DNA from: an uncultured bacterium
GTDB lineage: Bacteria > Verrucomicrobiota > Kiritimatiellia > CAIKKV01 > CAITUY01
Reading direction: 5' to 3'
Assembly: GCA_903958395.1 (NCBI GenBank)
Contig: CAJBSZ010000101.1
Coordinates: 3,894-67,893 of the forward strand
DNA: 64,000 nucleotides
Below the pieces are notes generated by a model. It searched no databases. It saw only the letters and a list, made by a program, of their open reading frames with translations, and was not told where the DNA came from. A program made the position numbers and the translations under genes. The stretch's first letter is position 1. Each line of letters begins with the position of its first letter. Shown here one piece after another: positions 56,231 to 64,000 of the stretch.

Positions 56231-57499
56231 TTAGGGTTGGTTGAAAAGTGTCAGTCCTGTTGTTTCTCCGGTGAGTCGGCCGATCGCGGCCAGAACTTTA
56301 TGGTATTCGGACAGGGTATTGATCCAGCGGGCGCGAAGACTCACAAAGGAACGCTCCGCGTCAACCCATTCAAGGTACGAGAATTTACCCTGTTCATAGC
56401 CGATTTTTGCCTTCTCCGTGGCGTCACGGGCGGCGGGCAGGGCCTTGTCACGCAGGGCCGCGATTTCCTGCCAGGCATTTTCCGCCGCCACAAGCAAGTT
56501 CGCATGGTCGGCTTGCTGCTGAAGGAGGGCGGTCTGTTGAAGCTGTTCGGCGCGTAATACTTCGTGACCGGCTTTTTGAATGCCCGCCCGGTTCCGGTTA
56601 AAGAGGGGGATTGGCAGGGCGATGCCGCCTACCCAGGCGAATTCCTCATTGTTCTCGAAACGGCGTAAGCCGGCCGAGACCACGACATTGGGATAGGCCA
56701 TGGCCCGTTCGCGGGTTAAGGCGGCATTCCGGGCGGCGAGTTCCGTTTGCGCCCGCATGAGAGCCGGAGCGGTCGACGGGGATTGCGTTCCTGAATCGGG
56801 GAGGCTTCCTTTCTGAACTGAATCAAGCCGTCCCTTTATGGAGTTGAAATCCGGCTTGGCGTGGCCCCAGAGGAGAGCCAAGCGGCGATGGGTCAATTGG
56901 GTCTGGCGGCGGGCTTTATTCAATTCCACCTGTGCCAGTGTGGATTCGACTTCAGCCCGTGAGGCTTCAAGAGGGGGCGCCTTGCCTGCCTGTACCCGTT
57001 GTGAAATCAGGCGGTAACGCTCCCCTGTGAGCCGCAGGTTATCTCCGGCAATCGCTTCCTGTTCCCCGGCTTGCAAGGCTTCGACATAGCGTTCCATAAG
57101 GGTGTGCCAGAGTTCAAGCTGGCAGGTTTTCTGTTCCACCCGTGAAAGGTCAGTTCCGGCACGGGCTTCCGCAATTCGGGCCCTGCGCTTCCCGCCTGTC
57201 TCGACGGGTTGGTTGATGAGCAGGGTGGTTTCGGCCGCATCCCAGCCTGAATTCGGCCCGGATCCTCCGAAGTTTTCAGCCTCCACCGAAAGCTCGGGAT
57301 TGAGCTGGGTGTCGGCCTGAGTGGCGGCGCTTCGGGACGCCTCGACGCTGGATCGTGCGGCGGAAAGGGTTGGGTTGAGGTGTTGAATCTTTTCCCAAGC
57401 CTGGTCAAATGAAAGACTGGCCTCGTCGGCGTGTGTCATTGGCAGCAGACTGAGCGTCACGCCAATGGCCATAAAACAATGTTTTGTGAATAAAGACAT
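56231..57499 (-). CDS. outer-membrane efflux protein (TolC/CzcC/CusC family)
   Basis: Signal peptide, two OEP repeats, 422 aa. Confidence 0.75.
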   Translation of the reverse strand: MSLFTKHCFMAIGVTLSLLPMTHADEASLSFDQAWEKIQHLNPTLSAARSSVEASRSAATQADTQLNPELSVEAENFGGSGPNSGWDAAETTLLINQPVETGGKRRARIAEARAGTDLSRVEQKTCQLELWHTLMERYVEALQAGEQEAIAGDNLRLTGERYRLISQRVQAGKAPPLEASRAEVESTLAQVELNKARRQTQLTHRRLALLWGHAKPDFNSIKGRLDSVQKGSLPDSGTQSPSTAPALMRAQTELAARNAALTRERAMAYPNVVVSAGLRRFENNEEFAWVGGIALPIPLFNRNRAGIQKAGHEVLRAEQLQQTALLQQQADHANLLVAAENAWQEIAALRDKALPAARDATEKAKIGYEQGKFSYLEWVDAERSFVSLRARWINTLSEYHKVLAAIGRLTGETTGLTLFNQP

Positions 57500-57584
57500 A
57501 AATCCCCTGTAACGTCATGAGTGTCGGATTCGGAGTGTGGTCGCTTGACCTGAACTCCAGAGAGAAGACGGATTGCCTGATGGA

Positions 57585-57842
57585 TCAGGCAATCGGGGGG
57601 CGGAAGATGCGGGAGGAAAAAGAAAAAGCCGTTGAGAGTGGGATTGGGGGGAACAGTCGTTCTGTCGTGGTGGGCAATAGATGAGCGATATCTGACAAGG
57701 CTGTCTCGGCCGGGGAATGTGACACACATGAGCATTCCAAGGTGCATCCGTCGTCATGACCATGGGTGTCGCAGGGGAAAAGACAGCCGAGCAAGGCAAG
57801 TGCCAGCATGATTTGGATAATGACTGAAACTTTTTTTGGCAT
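57585..57842 (-). CDS. small Cys/His-rich putative metal-binding lipoprotein
   Basis: Signal peptide with an LLGC lipobox, then CDTHGHDDGCTLECSCVSH; it lies directly upstream of the czcCBA-like operon on the same strand. Confidence 0.4.
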   Translation of the reverse strand: MPKKVSVIIQIMLALALLGCLFPCDTHGHDDGCTLECSCVSHSPAETALSDIAHLLPTTTERLFPPIPLSTAFSFSSRIFRPPIA

Positions 57843-57948
57843 CGGAACGGCACTCTAGGGTTTTATAGAAAGGGCGTCAAGATGACATAAAGTGAACAAA
57901 AATGGAATGGGATTGACCTCGCGCGGGAGGGAAGGCATCTTGAGTGGC

Positions 57949-58413
57949 ATGAAAACAAAACCCTTTGTCCGTCCCGATTGGGATCACTACTTCATGGCTA
58001 TTGCGACGGTGGTCGCCACGCGCGGAAATTGCTGCCGAAGGCAGGTCGCGGCCGTGATTGTGAAGGATCAGCGCATGATTTCGAGTGGTTATAACGGAAC
58101 GCCGCGCGGGGTGAAAAATTGCTGCGAAGGGGGCTGCGAGCGATGTGCCGGGGACGCGCCGTCAGGGACCTCCCTTGGAGAGTGCATCTGTTGCCATGCC
58201 GAGGAGAACGCCATCACCCAGGCGGCCTACCACGGGATCGGCCTGCGTGGTGCCACGCTGTACTCAACGCTGAGCCCGTGCCTGACCTGTGCCAAAATGA
58301 TTATCAATGCCGGGATACAGGAAGTGGTATACGAGAACGAGTATGAGTTCAGCAACCAGACGCGTTCCCTATTGCACGAGGGCGGCGTCCGGTGCCGTAA
58401 GCTGACGGAATAG
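57949..58413 (+). CDS. dCMP/cytidine deaminase-family zinc enzyme (ComEB-like dCMP deaminase)
   Basis: CHAEENAI ... PCLTCAKMI zinc-binding motifs; start at internal ATG. Confidence 0.75.
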   Translation: MKTKPFVRPDWDHYFMAIATVVATRGNCCRRQVAAVIVKDQRMISSGYNGTPRGVKNCCEGGCERCAGDAPSGTSLGECICCHAEENAITQAAYHGIGLRGATLYSTLSPCLTCAKMIINAGIQEVVYENEYEFSNQTRSLLHEGGVRCRKLTE

Positions 58414-58426
58414 GGGCACGACCGGA

Positions 58427-59233
58427 TTATTTCTCGGCCGGATCGTCCTTGTCGTCTTCCATGGTCGTTGTGACGGGTCCAGCGGAAGGCTCAGTGACGA
58501 CGGGTTTCTCAGGCACAATCACTTTTTCCGGGGCCACGGGTGTCTTTGTCTCAACCACCGGCTTTACTTCAACCACCGTGGGTTTCACAACGGCGGGGGC
58601 TGCCACCACGGGGGCGGGCTTTTCCACGATGGGTTCGATGATTGGAGCCGGCGGCATTTGAATGGATTCAATCCGGGTCGGCTTCAGATCCACTTCCTTG
58701 CCCGGGCTGCCCCAGCGGCCAAACCGGCGGCGTTCGGCGTTCCGGTCTTCAATCTTCAGGCCATTTTCATTCGCCAGAAATTTCCACTGATGCGAACTGA
58801 ACTTGAGCGCCGTTCCGATCTCATTGATGAGCGTGGTGGTGTCGAGTGTGGTCAGGCGGTGAAGATCCTTATACCAGGACACGTTGTCCATCATCCGGAG
58901 GGGAATGGTGGTGCTGTCGCCCAGAAGGAAAACATGTTTGGGATCCCCGGACATGAAGCTCCCCATGGTGTAATCCTGAAGGGTGATCTGGATCCATTCC
59001 TGGCCATTCCAGACATGAATCAGGGGCTCACTGAGTGTGGGGCTGGTATTGTACGTCACCAGGCCGATATTTTTGCAACGGGCCATCTGGAAGGCGAGTT
59101 GCACCACGCGCTTGCGGGCGGGCATCACGAGGATCGAGTCCGGCGTTGCCGTTCCCGCCACAACACAATCCGAAGTCGCCATAATCGTCACAGCCATGAA
59201 AGCCGCGCCAATCCATTTATTCACTTTTGTCAT
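58427..59233 (-). CDS. secreted hypothetical protein with Pro/Val/Lys-rich C-terminal repeats
   Basis: Signal peptide, a ~170-aa domain of unknown function, and a (P/V/K/E) repeat tail. Confidence 0.5.
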   Translation of the reverse strand: MTKVNKWIGAAFMAVTIMATSDCVVAGTATPDSILVMPARKRVVQLAFQMARCKNIGLVTYNTSPTLSEPLIHVWNGQEWIQITLQDYTMGSFMSGDPKHVFLLGDSTTIPLRMMDNVSWYKDLHRLTTLDTTTLINEIGTALKFSSHQWKFLANENGLKIEDRNAERRRFGRWGSPGKEVDLKPTRIESIQMPPAPIIEPIVEKPAPVVAAPAVVKPTVVEVKPVVETKTPVAPEKVIVPEKPVVTEPSAGPVTTTMEDDKDDPAEK

Positions 59234-59298
59234 GTTTGCTCTCCTCAAAATAAGTTCTTTTTTGAATCTACAGCGTGGTTTTATTCAATGCAAGCCTG

Positions 59299-60504
59299 CT
59301 ATTTTCCAAGAACCTTCCTGAACTGCTGGGTTAGCAGGGGGAGGATCTCAAACAAGTCGCCCACGATGCCGTAGGTGGCGACCTTGAAGATGGGGGCATC
59401 CGCGTCCTTATTGATGGCCACAATAATATCCGAGGACTGCATTCCGGCAAGATGCTGGATCTGGCCGCTGATTCCCACCGCGATGTAGATCTTGGGGCAG
59501 ACCGTTTTCCCGGTCTGGCCAACCTGATGCGAATAGGGGATCCAATTCGAATCCACGGCGGCACGCGAGGCACCCACACCCGCGCCGATCACATCAGCCA
59601 GTTCGCGCAGCAGCGCGAAGTTTTCAGGAGTCTGGAGGCCGCGACCGCCCGACACAATGATGTTGGCTTCCGCGATATTCATCGTGGTTTCCACCTCGGG
59701 CACGAATTTCAGACGACGTGCCTTGGATTGAAGCAGGACTTCCGCGATGGTTTCCATCGAGACTTCCCCCTTGCGGGCGGGGTTGACTTCGGCTTCCTTC
59801 ATCACCTTGTGCCGCACCGTGGCCATCTGGGGCCGCGCGTTCGGGGTTTCAATGGTGGCCATGATGTTGCCGCCGAACGCGGGGCGGGTCTGGAGCAGAT
59901 TCAGGGTCTTGGGGTCAATCGCCAGTCCGGTACAGTCCGCTGTCAAACCGGCATTCACCCGTACGGCCACTCGCGACACCAGGCTGCGCCCGATGGTCGA
60001 GGCGCCGCAGAGGAACACATTGGGCTTGTGCCGTTTGACAAGGTCGATCAGGACATTGGCGTAGGATTCATCCTGGAAATGCTCGAGCGCGGGACGATCG
60101 ACCAGGTACACCTTGTCGGCGCCGCGGGCGATCAGTTCATCGGTCTGCTTCTGAACATTGCTGCCCAGCAGTACGGCGCACAGCTTCATGCCCAGCGAGT
60201 CGGCCAGCTTGCGCCCTTCCCCCAGCAGTTCGAAGGTGATGGACTGAATCACGCCGTCATGCTGCTCGGCGAACACCCATACATCCTTGAAAGATGACAG
60301 GTCGATTGTGGCGGCGGATTTTTCCTTCATCCAGATGGCCTCGAACTTGCAGGAGGCGACGCAGGCGCCGCACAGCGTACACTTCATGAGGTCAATGACG
60401 GGGACTGTTTTGCGTTCCGTCTGGGTGATGGCACCGAACGGACAGGCTTTGACGCAGGCGCCGCAATAAACGCATTTCTCGTTGATTTTGATGGGATCGC
60501 TCAT
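59299..60504 (-). CDS. etfA: electron transfer flavoprotein alpha subunit with N-terminal 2x[4Fe-4S] ferredoxin domain
   Basis: N-terminal [12 protein letters not shown] and [11 protein letters not shown] ferredoxin motifs, followed by the EtfA FAD-binding domain. Confidence 0.8.
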   Translation of the reverse strand: MSDPIKINEKCVYCGACVKACPFGAITQTERKTVPVIDLMKCTLCGACVASCKFEAIWMKEKSAATIDLSSFKDVWVFAEQHDGVIQSITFELLGEGRKLADSLGMKLCAVLLGSNVQKQTDELIARGADKVYLVDRPALEHFQDESYANVLIDLVKRHKPNVFLCGASTIGRSLVSRVAVRVNAGLTADCTGLAIDPKTLNLLQTRPAFGGNIMATIETPNARPQMATVRHKVMKEAEVNPARKGEVSMETIAEVLLQSKARRLKFVPEVETTMNIAEANIIVSGGRGLQTPENFALLRELADVIGAGVGASRAAVDSNWIPYSHQVGQTGKTVCPKIYIAVGISGQIQHLAGMQSSDIIVAINKDADAPIFKVATYGIVGDLFEILPLLTQQFRKVLGK

Positions 60505-60514
60505 GGTTGGTTCC

Positions 60515-61309
60515 TTAGTTGGCGGCGCCCAGAATGGCGTCCTTCAGTTTGGCTATGAGTTGGGGGACGACTTCCGAGGGTTCGCCCTTCAGCATTTCGC
60601 CACCCTGCCGAGCTGGCGGGGTGAAAATCTTGACCACCTTGGTGGGTGAGCCTTCCAGCCCGATGCACTTGGGGTCGCACTGGAGATCGGCGGCCTTCCA
60701 GGTGGTGATGACCGCCTTCTTGGCGGCCAGCTTGCCCTTCAGGGATGGAAGACGCGGCTCATTGATTTCCTTTACGACTGTGAGCACGCAGGGCAGGGGA
60801 GCCTGAATGACTTCGTAGCCGTTTTCCATCAACCGTTCCGCAACGATCGTTTTTTCATCAATCGATTCGATCTTGCGGACATAGGTGATCTGGGGGAGAT
60901 CCAGATGAATGGCAATGCCGGGCCCGACCTGAGCGGTGTCGCCGTCGGAAGCCTGTTTGCCGCAGAGAATGATGTCAAAAGCGCCGATTTTCCGGATGGC
61001 CATGGCGAGCGTGTAGCTGGTGGCCCAGGTGTCGCTACCGGCGAAGGCCCGATCGGACAGCAGGATGCCGTCATCGGCGCCCATGGAAATGGCTTCCCGC
61101 AGGGCGGCATCAGCCTGGGGCGGCCCCATGGAGAGCACGGTCACGGTGCCGCCTGTCTTGGCTTTCAGGCGGAGGCCTTCCTCGATGGCGTACATGTCAA
61201 AAGGGTTGATAATCGCGGCTACCCCGTCCCGCATCAGGGTGTTTGTTTCCGGATTGATCTTCACATCAGTGGTTTCCGGAACCTGTTTGATACAAACAAC
61301 GTATCGCAT
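60515..61309 (-). CDS. etfB: electron transfer flavoprotein beta subunit
   Basis: MRYVVCIKQVPE... EtfB N-terminus; start trimmed to the internal ATG. Confidence 0.8.
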   Translation of the reverse strand: MRYVVCIKQVPETTDVKINPETNTLMRDGVAAIINPFDMYAIEEGLRLKAKTGGTVTVLSMGPPQADAALREAISMGADDGILLSDRAFAGSDTWATSYTLAMAIRKIGAFDIILCGKQASDGDTAQVGPGIAIHLDLPQITYVRKIESIDEKTIVAERLMENGYEVIQAPLPCVLTVVKEINEPRLPSLKGKLAAKKAVITTWKAADLQCDPKCIGLEGSPTKVVKIFTPPARQGGEMLKGEPSEVVPQLIAKLKDAILGAAN

Positions 61310-61412
61310 ACTGTTCTCCTTTATAAAACGGGGGCGCATTATATGAATTAAACGGTGAGATGCAAGGCGGAATTACCGGTGTAAATAGCTCAACCGTGGA
61401 TTCATGGATATA

Positions 61413-61458
61413 CAGGATAGACAGGATACATCTAGCAAACTCTATCCTGAACATCCTG
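61413..61458. promoter_or_regulatory. heptamer array CAGGATA-N2-CAGGATA ... TATCCTG-N3-ATCCTG (two direct plus two inverted copies) in the etfB-higB intergenic region
   Basis: Read directly in the AT-rich 61340..61643 spacer, ~100-150 bp upstream of etfB; coordinates +/-1. Confidence 0.4.
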
Positions 61459-61619
61459 CCCATCGATGTTTGACTCTTCCGGCGTGCCACTAACAGTCTA
61501 TCTCTTGCAGTCCTATGTAATTTAGATAACTATATATAGCTATACAGGTCCGGCGTGATCGGTCTATAGTTCTGGCGGATGGTGATGTCCGTAAAACAGT
61601 TGATAAACAATAACCATTA

Positions 61620-61631
61620 GGTTATATAACC
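61620..61631. promoter_or_regulatory. perfect 12-bp palindrome GGTTATATAACC immediately upstream of higB (candidate HigA operator / -10 region)
   Basis: Perfect dyad 13-16 nt upstream of the higB start codon. A second imperfect palindrome, ATAACTATATATAGCTAT, lies at ~61526..61543. Confidence 0.45.
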
Positions 61632-61643
61632 AGAAAGTTATAT

Positions 61644-62030
61644 TTGATGAGTTGGGAAGTCGAGTATTCGGATGAATTCGGCGAGTGGTGGGAGGGGCTG
61701 ACTGAGGCTGAACAGGAGTCGGTTGCGGCGAGCGTGGGATTGCTTGAGCTGAAGGGGCCCCACCTGCCGTTTCCTTACAGTTCTGGAATTCAGCGGTCAA
61801 GACACGGGCATATGCGGGAGTTGAGGATTCAACATGCAGGGGGGCCGTACCGAGTGCTTTATGCCTTCGATCCCCGCCGGAAAGCTTTGCTTCTGGTGGG
61901 GGGGAGTAAGTGGGGCGACGATCGGTGGTATGAAAAAGCGGTGCCGATTGCAGATCGAATATACGACCAGCATTTGCAGGAGTTGAAACGGCGAGGAGGG
62001 GTGTCATGTCAAAACAATTCAAGAAGTTAG
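61644..62030 (+). CDS. higB: HigB-like (Gp49/RelE superfamily) type II toxin
   Basis: The ...RVLYAFDPRRKALLLVGGSKWGDDRWYEKAVPIAD... motif matches Gp49-like HigB toxins. A TTG at 61644 is followed by an ATG at 61647 (probable start). Its 3' end overlaps higA by 25 nt. Confidence 0.65.
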   Translation: MMSWEVEYSDEFGEWWEGLTEAEQESVAASVGLLELKGPHLPFPYSSGIQRSRHGHMRELRIQHAGGPYRVLYAFDPRRKALLLVGGSKWGDDRWYEKAVPIADRIYDQHLQELKRRGGVSCQNNSRS

Positions 62031-62338
62031 TTCACGGGATGCCGCCAGCGAGTCAGGCCCGGATTCGAGCCCGGATTGTGGAATTGTCAGGGGAGATGGC
62101 CTTGCAGGAGGTCCGCCAAGCCATGGAGCTCACCCAGCAGCAACTTGCCGCGTCGCTTCGCATGAATCAGGCGGCTGTTTCCAAGCTCGAGCATCAGTCC
62201 GACATGTATATCAGCACTCTTCGGAAATTCCTGTCGGCGATGGGCGGAACCCTTCGGATCGTGGCGTCCTTTCCGGAAGGTGAAGTTGTGATCAGTCAGT
62301 TTGAACAGTTGGCTGGAGTAAGTGCTGAACGCCGTTAA
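62006..62338 (+). CDS. higA: HigA-like XRE-family HTH antitoxin
   Basis: ELTQQQLAASLRMNQAAVSKLE helix-turn-helix; toxin-first gene order typical of HigBA. Confidence 0.65.
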   Translation: MSKQFKKLVHGMPPASQARIRARIVELSGEMALQEVRQAMELTQQQLAASLRMNQAAVSKLEHQSDMYISTLRKFLSAMGGTLRIVASFPEGEVVISQFEQLAGVSAERR

Positions 62339-62385
62339 CCTCCAGATTGTCCATAACGAATAACCAATATGGGATGATGACGGAC

Positions 62386-62934
62386 ATGAATTTGCCGGTC
62401 CGGAAATTGACGCGTTCGTTCTATGACCACGACACCGTGACGGTGGCGCGGGACCTGCTGGGGAAATATCTGGTGCATGGGGCCCGCGTGGGGCGGATTG
62501 TGGAGGTCGAGGCCTATGTGGGGCCGCATGACCGCGCGTCCCATTCTTCGCGGGGGCGGACGGCGCGCAATGCGCCGATGTTTGGCCCCCCGGGGGTTGC
62601 CTATGTCTACCTCATATACGGGATGTACTGTTGCATGAACGTGGTCACGGAGGGCGAGGGGCATGCCGCCGCCGTGCTGTTGCGGGCGGTGGAGCCGGTG
62701 GCAGGGATATCAGGAAAGACGAATGGCCCCGGCTTGCTGTGCCGGGCTATGGATATTGATCGGCGGCTCAACATGCACGATCTGCTCAGCGACGACTTTT
62801 ATATCGCGGAAGGGGAAGCCGGTGAGTTCCGCATCGTCAAGCGACCCCGCATCGGCGTGGATTACGCCGGGGTCTGGGCGCGCCGGCATCTGCGGTTTTA
62901 TATCGCGGGCAATCCCTTCATCTCCCGGCGTTGA
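62386..62934 (+). CDS. mpg: DNA-3-methyladenine glycosylase (Mpg/AAG family)
   Basis: The LPVRKLTRSFYDHDTVTVARDLLGKYLV...EAY N-terminal pattern and overall length match AAG-family glycosylases. Start chosen at the ATG (M14 of the track ORF, which begins at a TTG). Confidence 0.7.
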   Translation: MNLPVRKLTRSFYDHDTVTVARDLLGKYLVHGARVGRIVEVEAYVGPHDRASHSSRGRTARNAPMFGPPGVAYVYLIYGMYCCMNVVTEGEGHAAAVLLRAVEPVAGISGKTNGPGLLCRAMDIDRRLNMHDLLSDDFYIAEGEAGEFRIVKRPRIGVDYAGVWARRHLRFYIAGNPFISRR

Positions 62935-63067
62935 GGCAGAGAATCGGAAGATTAGCGGGAAGGGATGAGGGCGGGCGGGAACCCTAAGATTTCTCTATCA
63001 GCATTGGTTATTTTGCATGACAAGGCGAAATCGAGGAGGGGCTGTTTTTCGCGTTAAATTACCTCAG

Positions 63068-63120
63068 CCAAGGCGGGGCAGGGGGCAGTCCAGAGCGTCG
63101 GCGGTAGCACGCAGGGCTTC
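63068..63120. repeat. direct repeat copy A (~50 bp, duplicated 3' end of the TerB-like gene)
   Basis: gcggggcagggggcagtccagAgcgtcggcggTAgcacgcagggcTtc is identical to copy B at 63527..63574 except for 4 mismatches. On the minus strand it would encode ...EALRATADALDCPLPRLG*. Confidence 0.75.
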
Positions 63121-63228
63121 TGGCTAGGTGGGGATGACCGCCATGACTGGTCTCGCCATCAGCACCGAGGCCGCGACAAGGATGGCAGAACAATCGTCTG
63201 TGCGCATACGATGTCGATCCAAGGATCG

Positions 63229-63465
63229 TTACTCCTTATTGGCTATTCTTTCAAGTGCCACAAGGACTCTATCCGTTTTCTCGCTCAGCGCCTTTAACTC
63301 GAGGCCATTTTTATAGGACATGGCAATAATCTTAACGGAGACCAGAAAAACGCCTGTTTCCAAAAAAAGATCGTGAGTCAGCCCCTTCACAAAAAGTGCC
63401 GCAATAAACAGCACCAGAGTCAGGAGCGCCACAAACCATGAACCCATGTCCAAATACTTGATCAT
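63229..63465 (-). CDS. small membrane protein (78 aa) inside low-GC insert
   Basis: AGGAGG RBS 6 nt before the ATG at 63465; one central TM helix; AT-rich codon usage unlike its neighbours. Confidence 0.4.
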   Translation of the reverse strand: MIKYLDMGSWFVALLTLVLFIAALFVKGLTHDLFLETGVFLVSVKIIAMSYKNGLELKALSEKTDRVLVALERIANKE

Positions 63466-63517
63466 AATCATCCTCCTCAGTTTTAGTGAGACCTTCACCC
63501 TTTTGGTTAAAATATCA

Positions 63518-63973
63518 TCATCCAGCGCGGGGCAGGGGGCAGTCCAGGGCGTCGGCGGCGGCACGCAGGGCCTCGGCTTCATCGGGGGTAATGTGGCCGT
63601 CCCGGCTGACGGTCGCTGCAAAAGCGGCCACGAGTTTCGCCTTCACCGGCGGGGTGGTCTCGGCTAGACGATCGAGGGCGGTGTCCATGGCCTTGAGGGA
63701 AGCCTGTTCCGCTGGGAGCAGATCGATGTCCACTTCGCCGAGTTCCCGCTGGCCGGCGGAAAAGGATTGTGCCGCCTCGGCGGGGGTATCGGTGCCGAAC
63801 CAGGCCAAAGCTGACAAGACTGTGCCGACTTCCTCTTGCACTGGCTTCAGCGACGTGTGCCGAGGGCGCGGGCGGGTGCCGACCTTGAAGTGGGGGTCGA
63901 GATTGCGCAGCATCATGCGAAGGATCATGTACTCGAACAGGGAGACCTCGGAATCGGCGGCGATCAGGCCCAT
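63518..63973 (-). CDS. TerB-family protein (N-terminus may extend beyond window end)
   Basis: VSRDGHITPDEAEALRAAADAL resembles the TerB-type aDG...E...L C-terminal motif; the first in-window Met is only 7 nt from the window edge. Confidence 0.5.
   Translation of the reverse strand: MGLIAADSEVSLFEYMILRMMLRNLDPHFKVGTRPRPRHTSLKPVQEEVGTVLSALAWFGTDTPAEAAQSFSAGQRELGEVDIDLLPAEQASLKAMDTALDRLAETTPPVKAKLVAAFAATVSRDGHITPDEAEALRAAADALDCPLPRAG
63522..63574. repeat. direct repeat copy B (native 3' end of TerB-like gene)
   Basis: See copy A; it encodes the C-terminal ...EALRAAADALDCPLPRAG* of ORF 63518..63973. Confidence 0.75.
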
Positions 63974-64000
63974 GACGGCTTCCCGGAAGGCGGGATAGAG

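Noticed and set aside
57515-57853. 112-aa alternative-frame ORF overlapping the small Cys/His lipoprotein ORF
   Set aside because: It has no signal peptide or motif. The 57585..57842 frame has a canonical lipobox and a metal-binding Cys/His cluster, so that frame was preferred.
63128-63316. 62-aa plus-strand ORF spanning repeat copy A
   Set aside because: GTG start, no RBS and an atypical composition; it more likely reflects the duplicated 3' gene fragment read on the opposite strand.
1-64000. CRISPR arrays, rRNA genes, transposases/integrases, prophage genes
   Set aside because: None were found on visual inspection: no regularly spaced direct repeats, no rRNA-like segments and no recombinase motifs.

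Overview
This 64-kb window is a gene-dense, ~60 % GC chromosomal segment with genes on both strands, many joined by 1-4-bp overlaps; it contains no rRNA genes, CRISPR arrays or intact mobile elements. The gene content points to an anaerobic diderm bacterium, perhaps of the PVC group (MurC-MurB fusion, LRR lipoprotein, ferredoxin-fused EtfA, radical SAM, HgdC-type activase), though this taxonomic guess is low-confidence and inferred only from gene content. Housekeeping content: amt-glnK (5' truncated), two RluA pseudouridine synthases, rmuC, mtnP, comF, nnr-acpS-pdxJ, birA, mntP, bioD, nadC-coaX-ruvX, nadD-rsfS, rpsT, an ECF sigma/anti-sigma pair, a P-type ATPase, dCMP deaminase, etfBA, mpg, and two tRNAs (Lys-UUU, Glu-CUC) that are not in the ORF track. 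Envelope neighbourhoods: two LPS/lipid-A remodelling clusters with 2x PAP2 phosphatase (one fused to an ArnT-like GT), 2x ArnT-like GT, 2x LptF/G permease, a WbaP-type priming transferase and a DedA protein; a czcCBA-type RND heavy-metal efflux operon preceded by a small Cys/His-rich lipoprotein; and a HigBA toxin-antitoxin pair. The most unusual feature is an eight-gene, translationally coupled minus-strand operon (49608 -> 40223). It encodes a large hypothetical protein with an AceK-like kinase motif, an ACT protein, a CrtI-type FAD oxidoreductase fused to a DUF2229/HgdB-like domain, a second DUF2229-like protein, an HgdC/BcrA-type ATPase activase, a polysaccharide deacetylase lipoprotein, a TPR lipoprotein and an LptE-like lipoprotein. 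It is divergently paired with a split cyanophycin-synthetase-like ATP-grasp + MurC/Mpl-type ligase pair. Other notable items are tandem membrane-anchored metallophosphoesterase paralogs and a ~50-bp direct repeat duplicating the 3' end of a TerB-like gene around a low-GC 450-bp insert. All calls rest on reading the translations and sequence by eye; no database searches were run.
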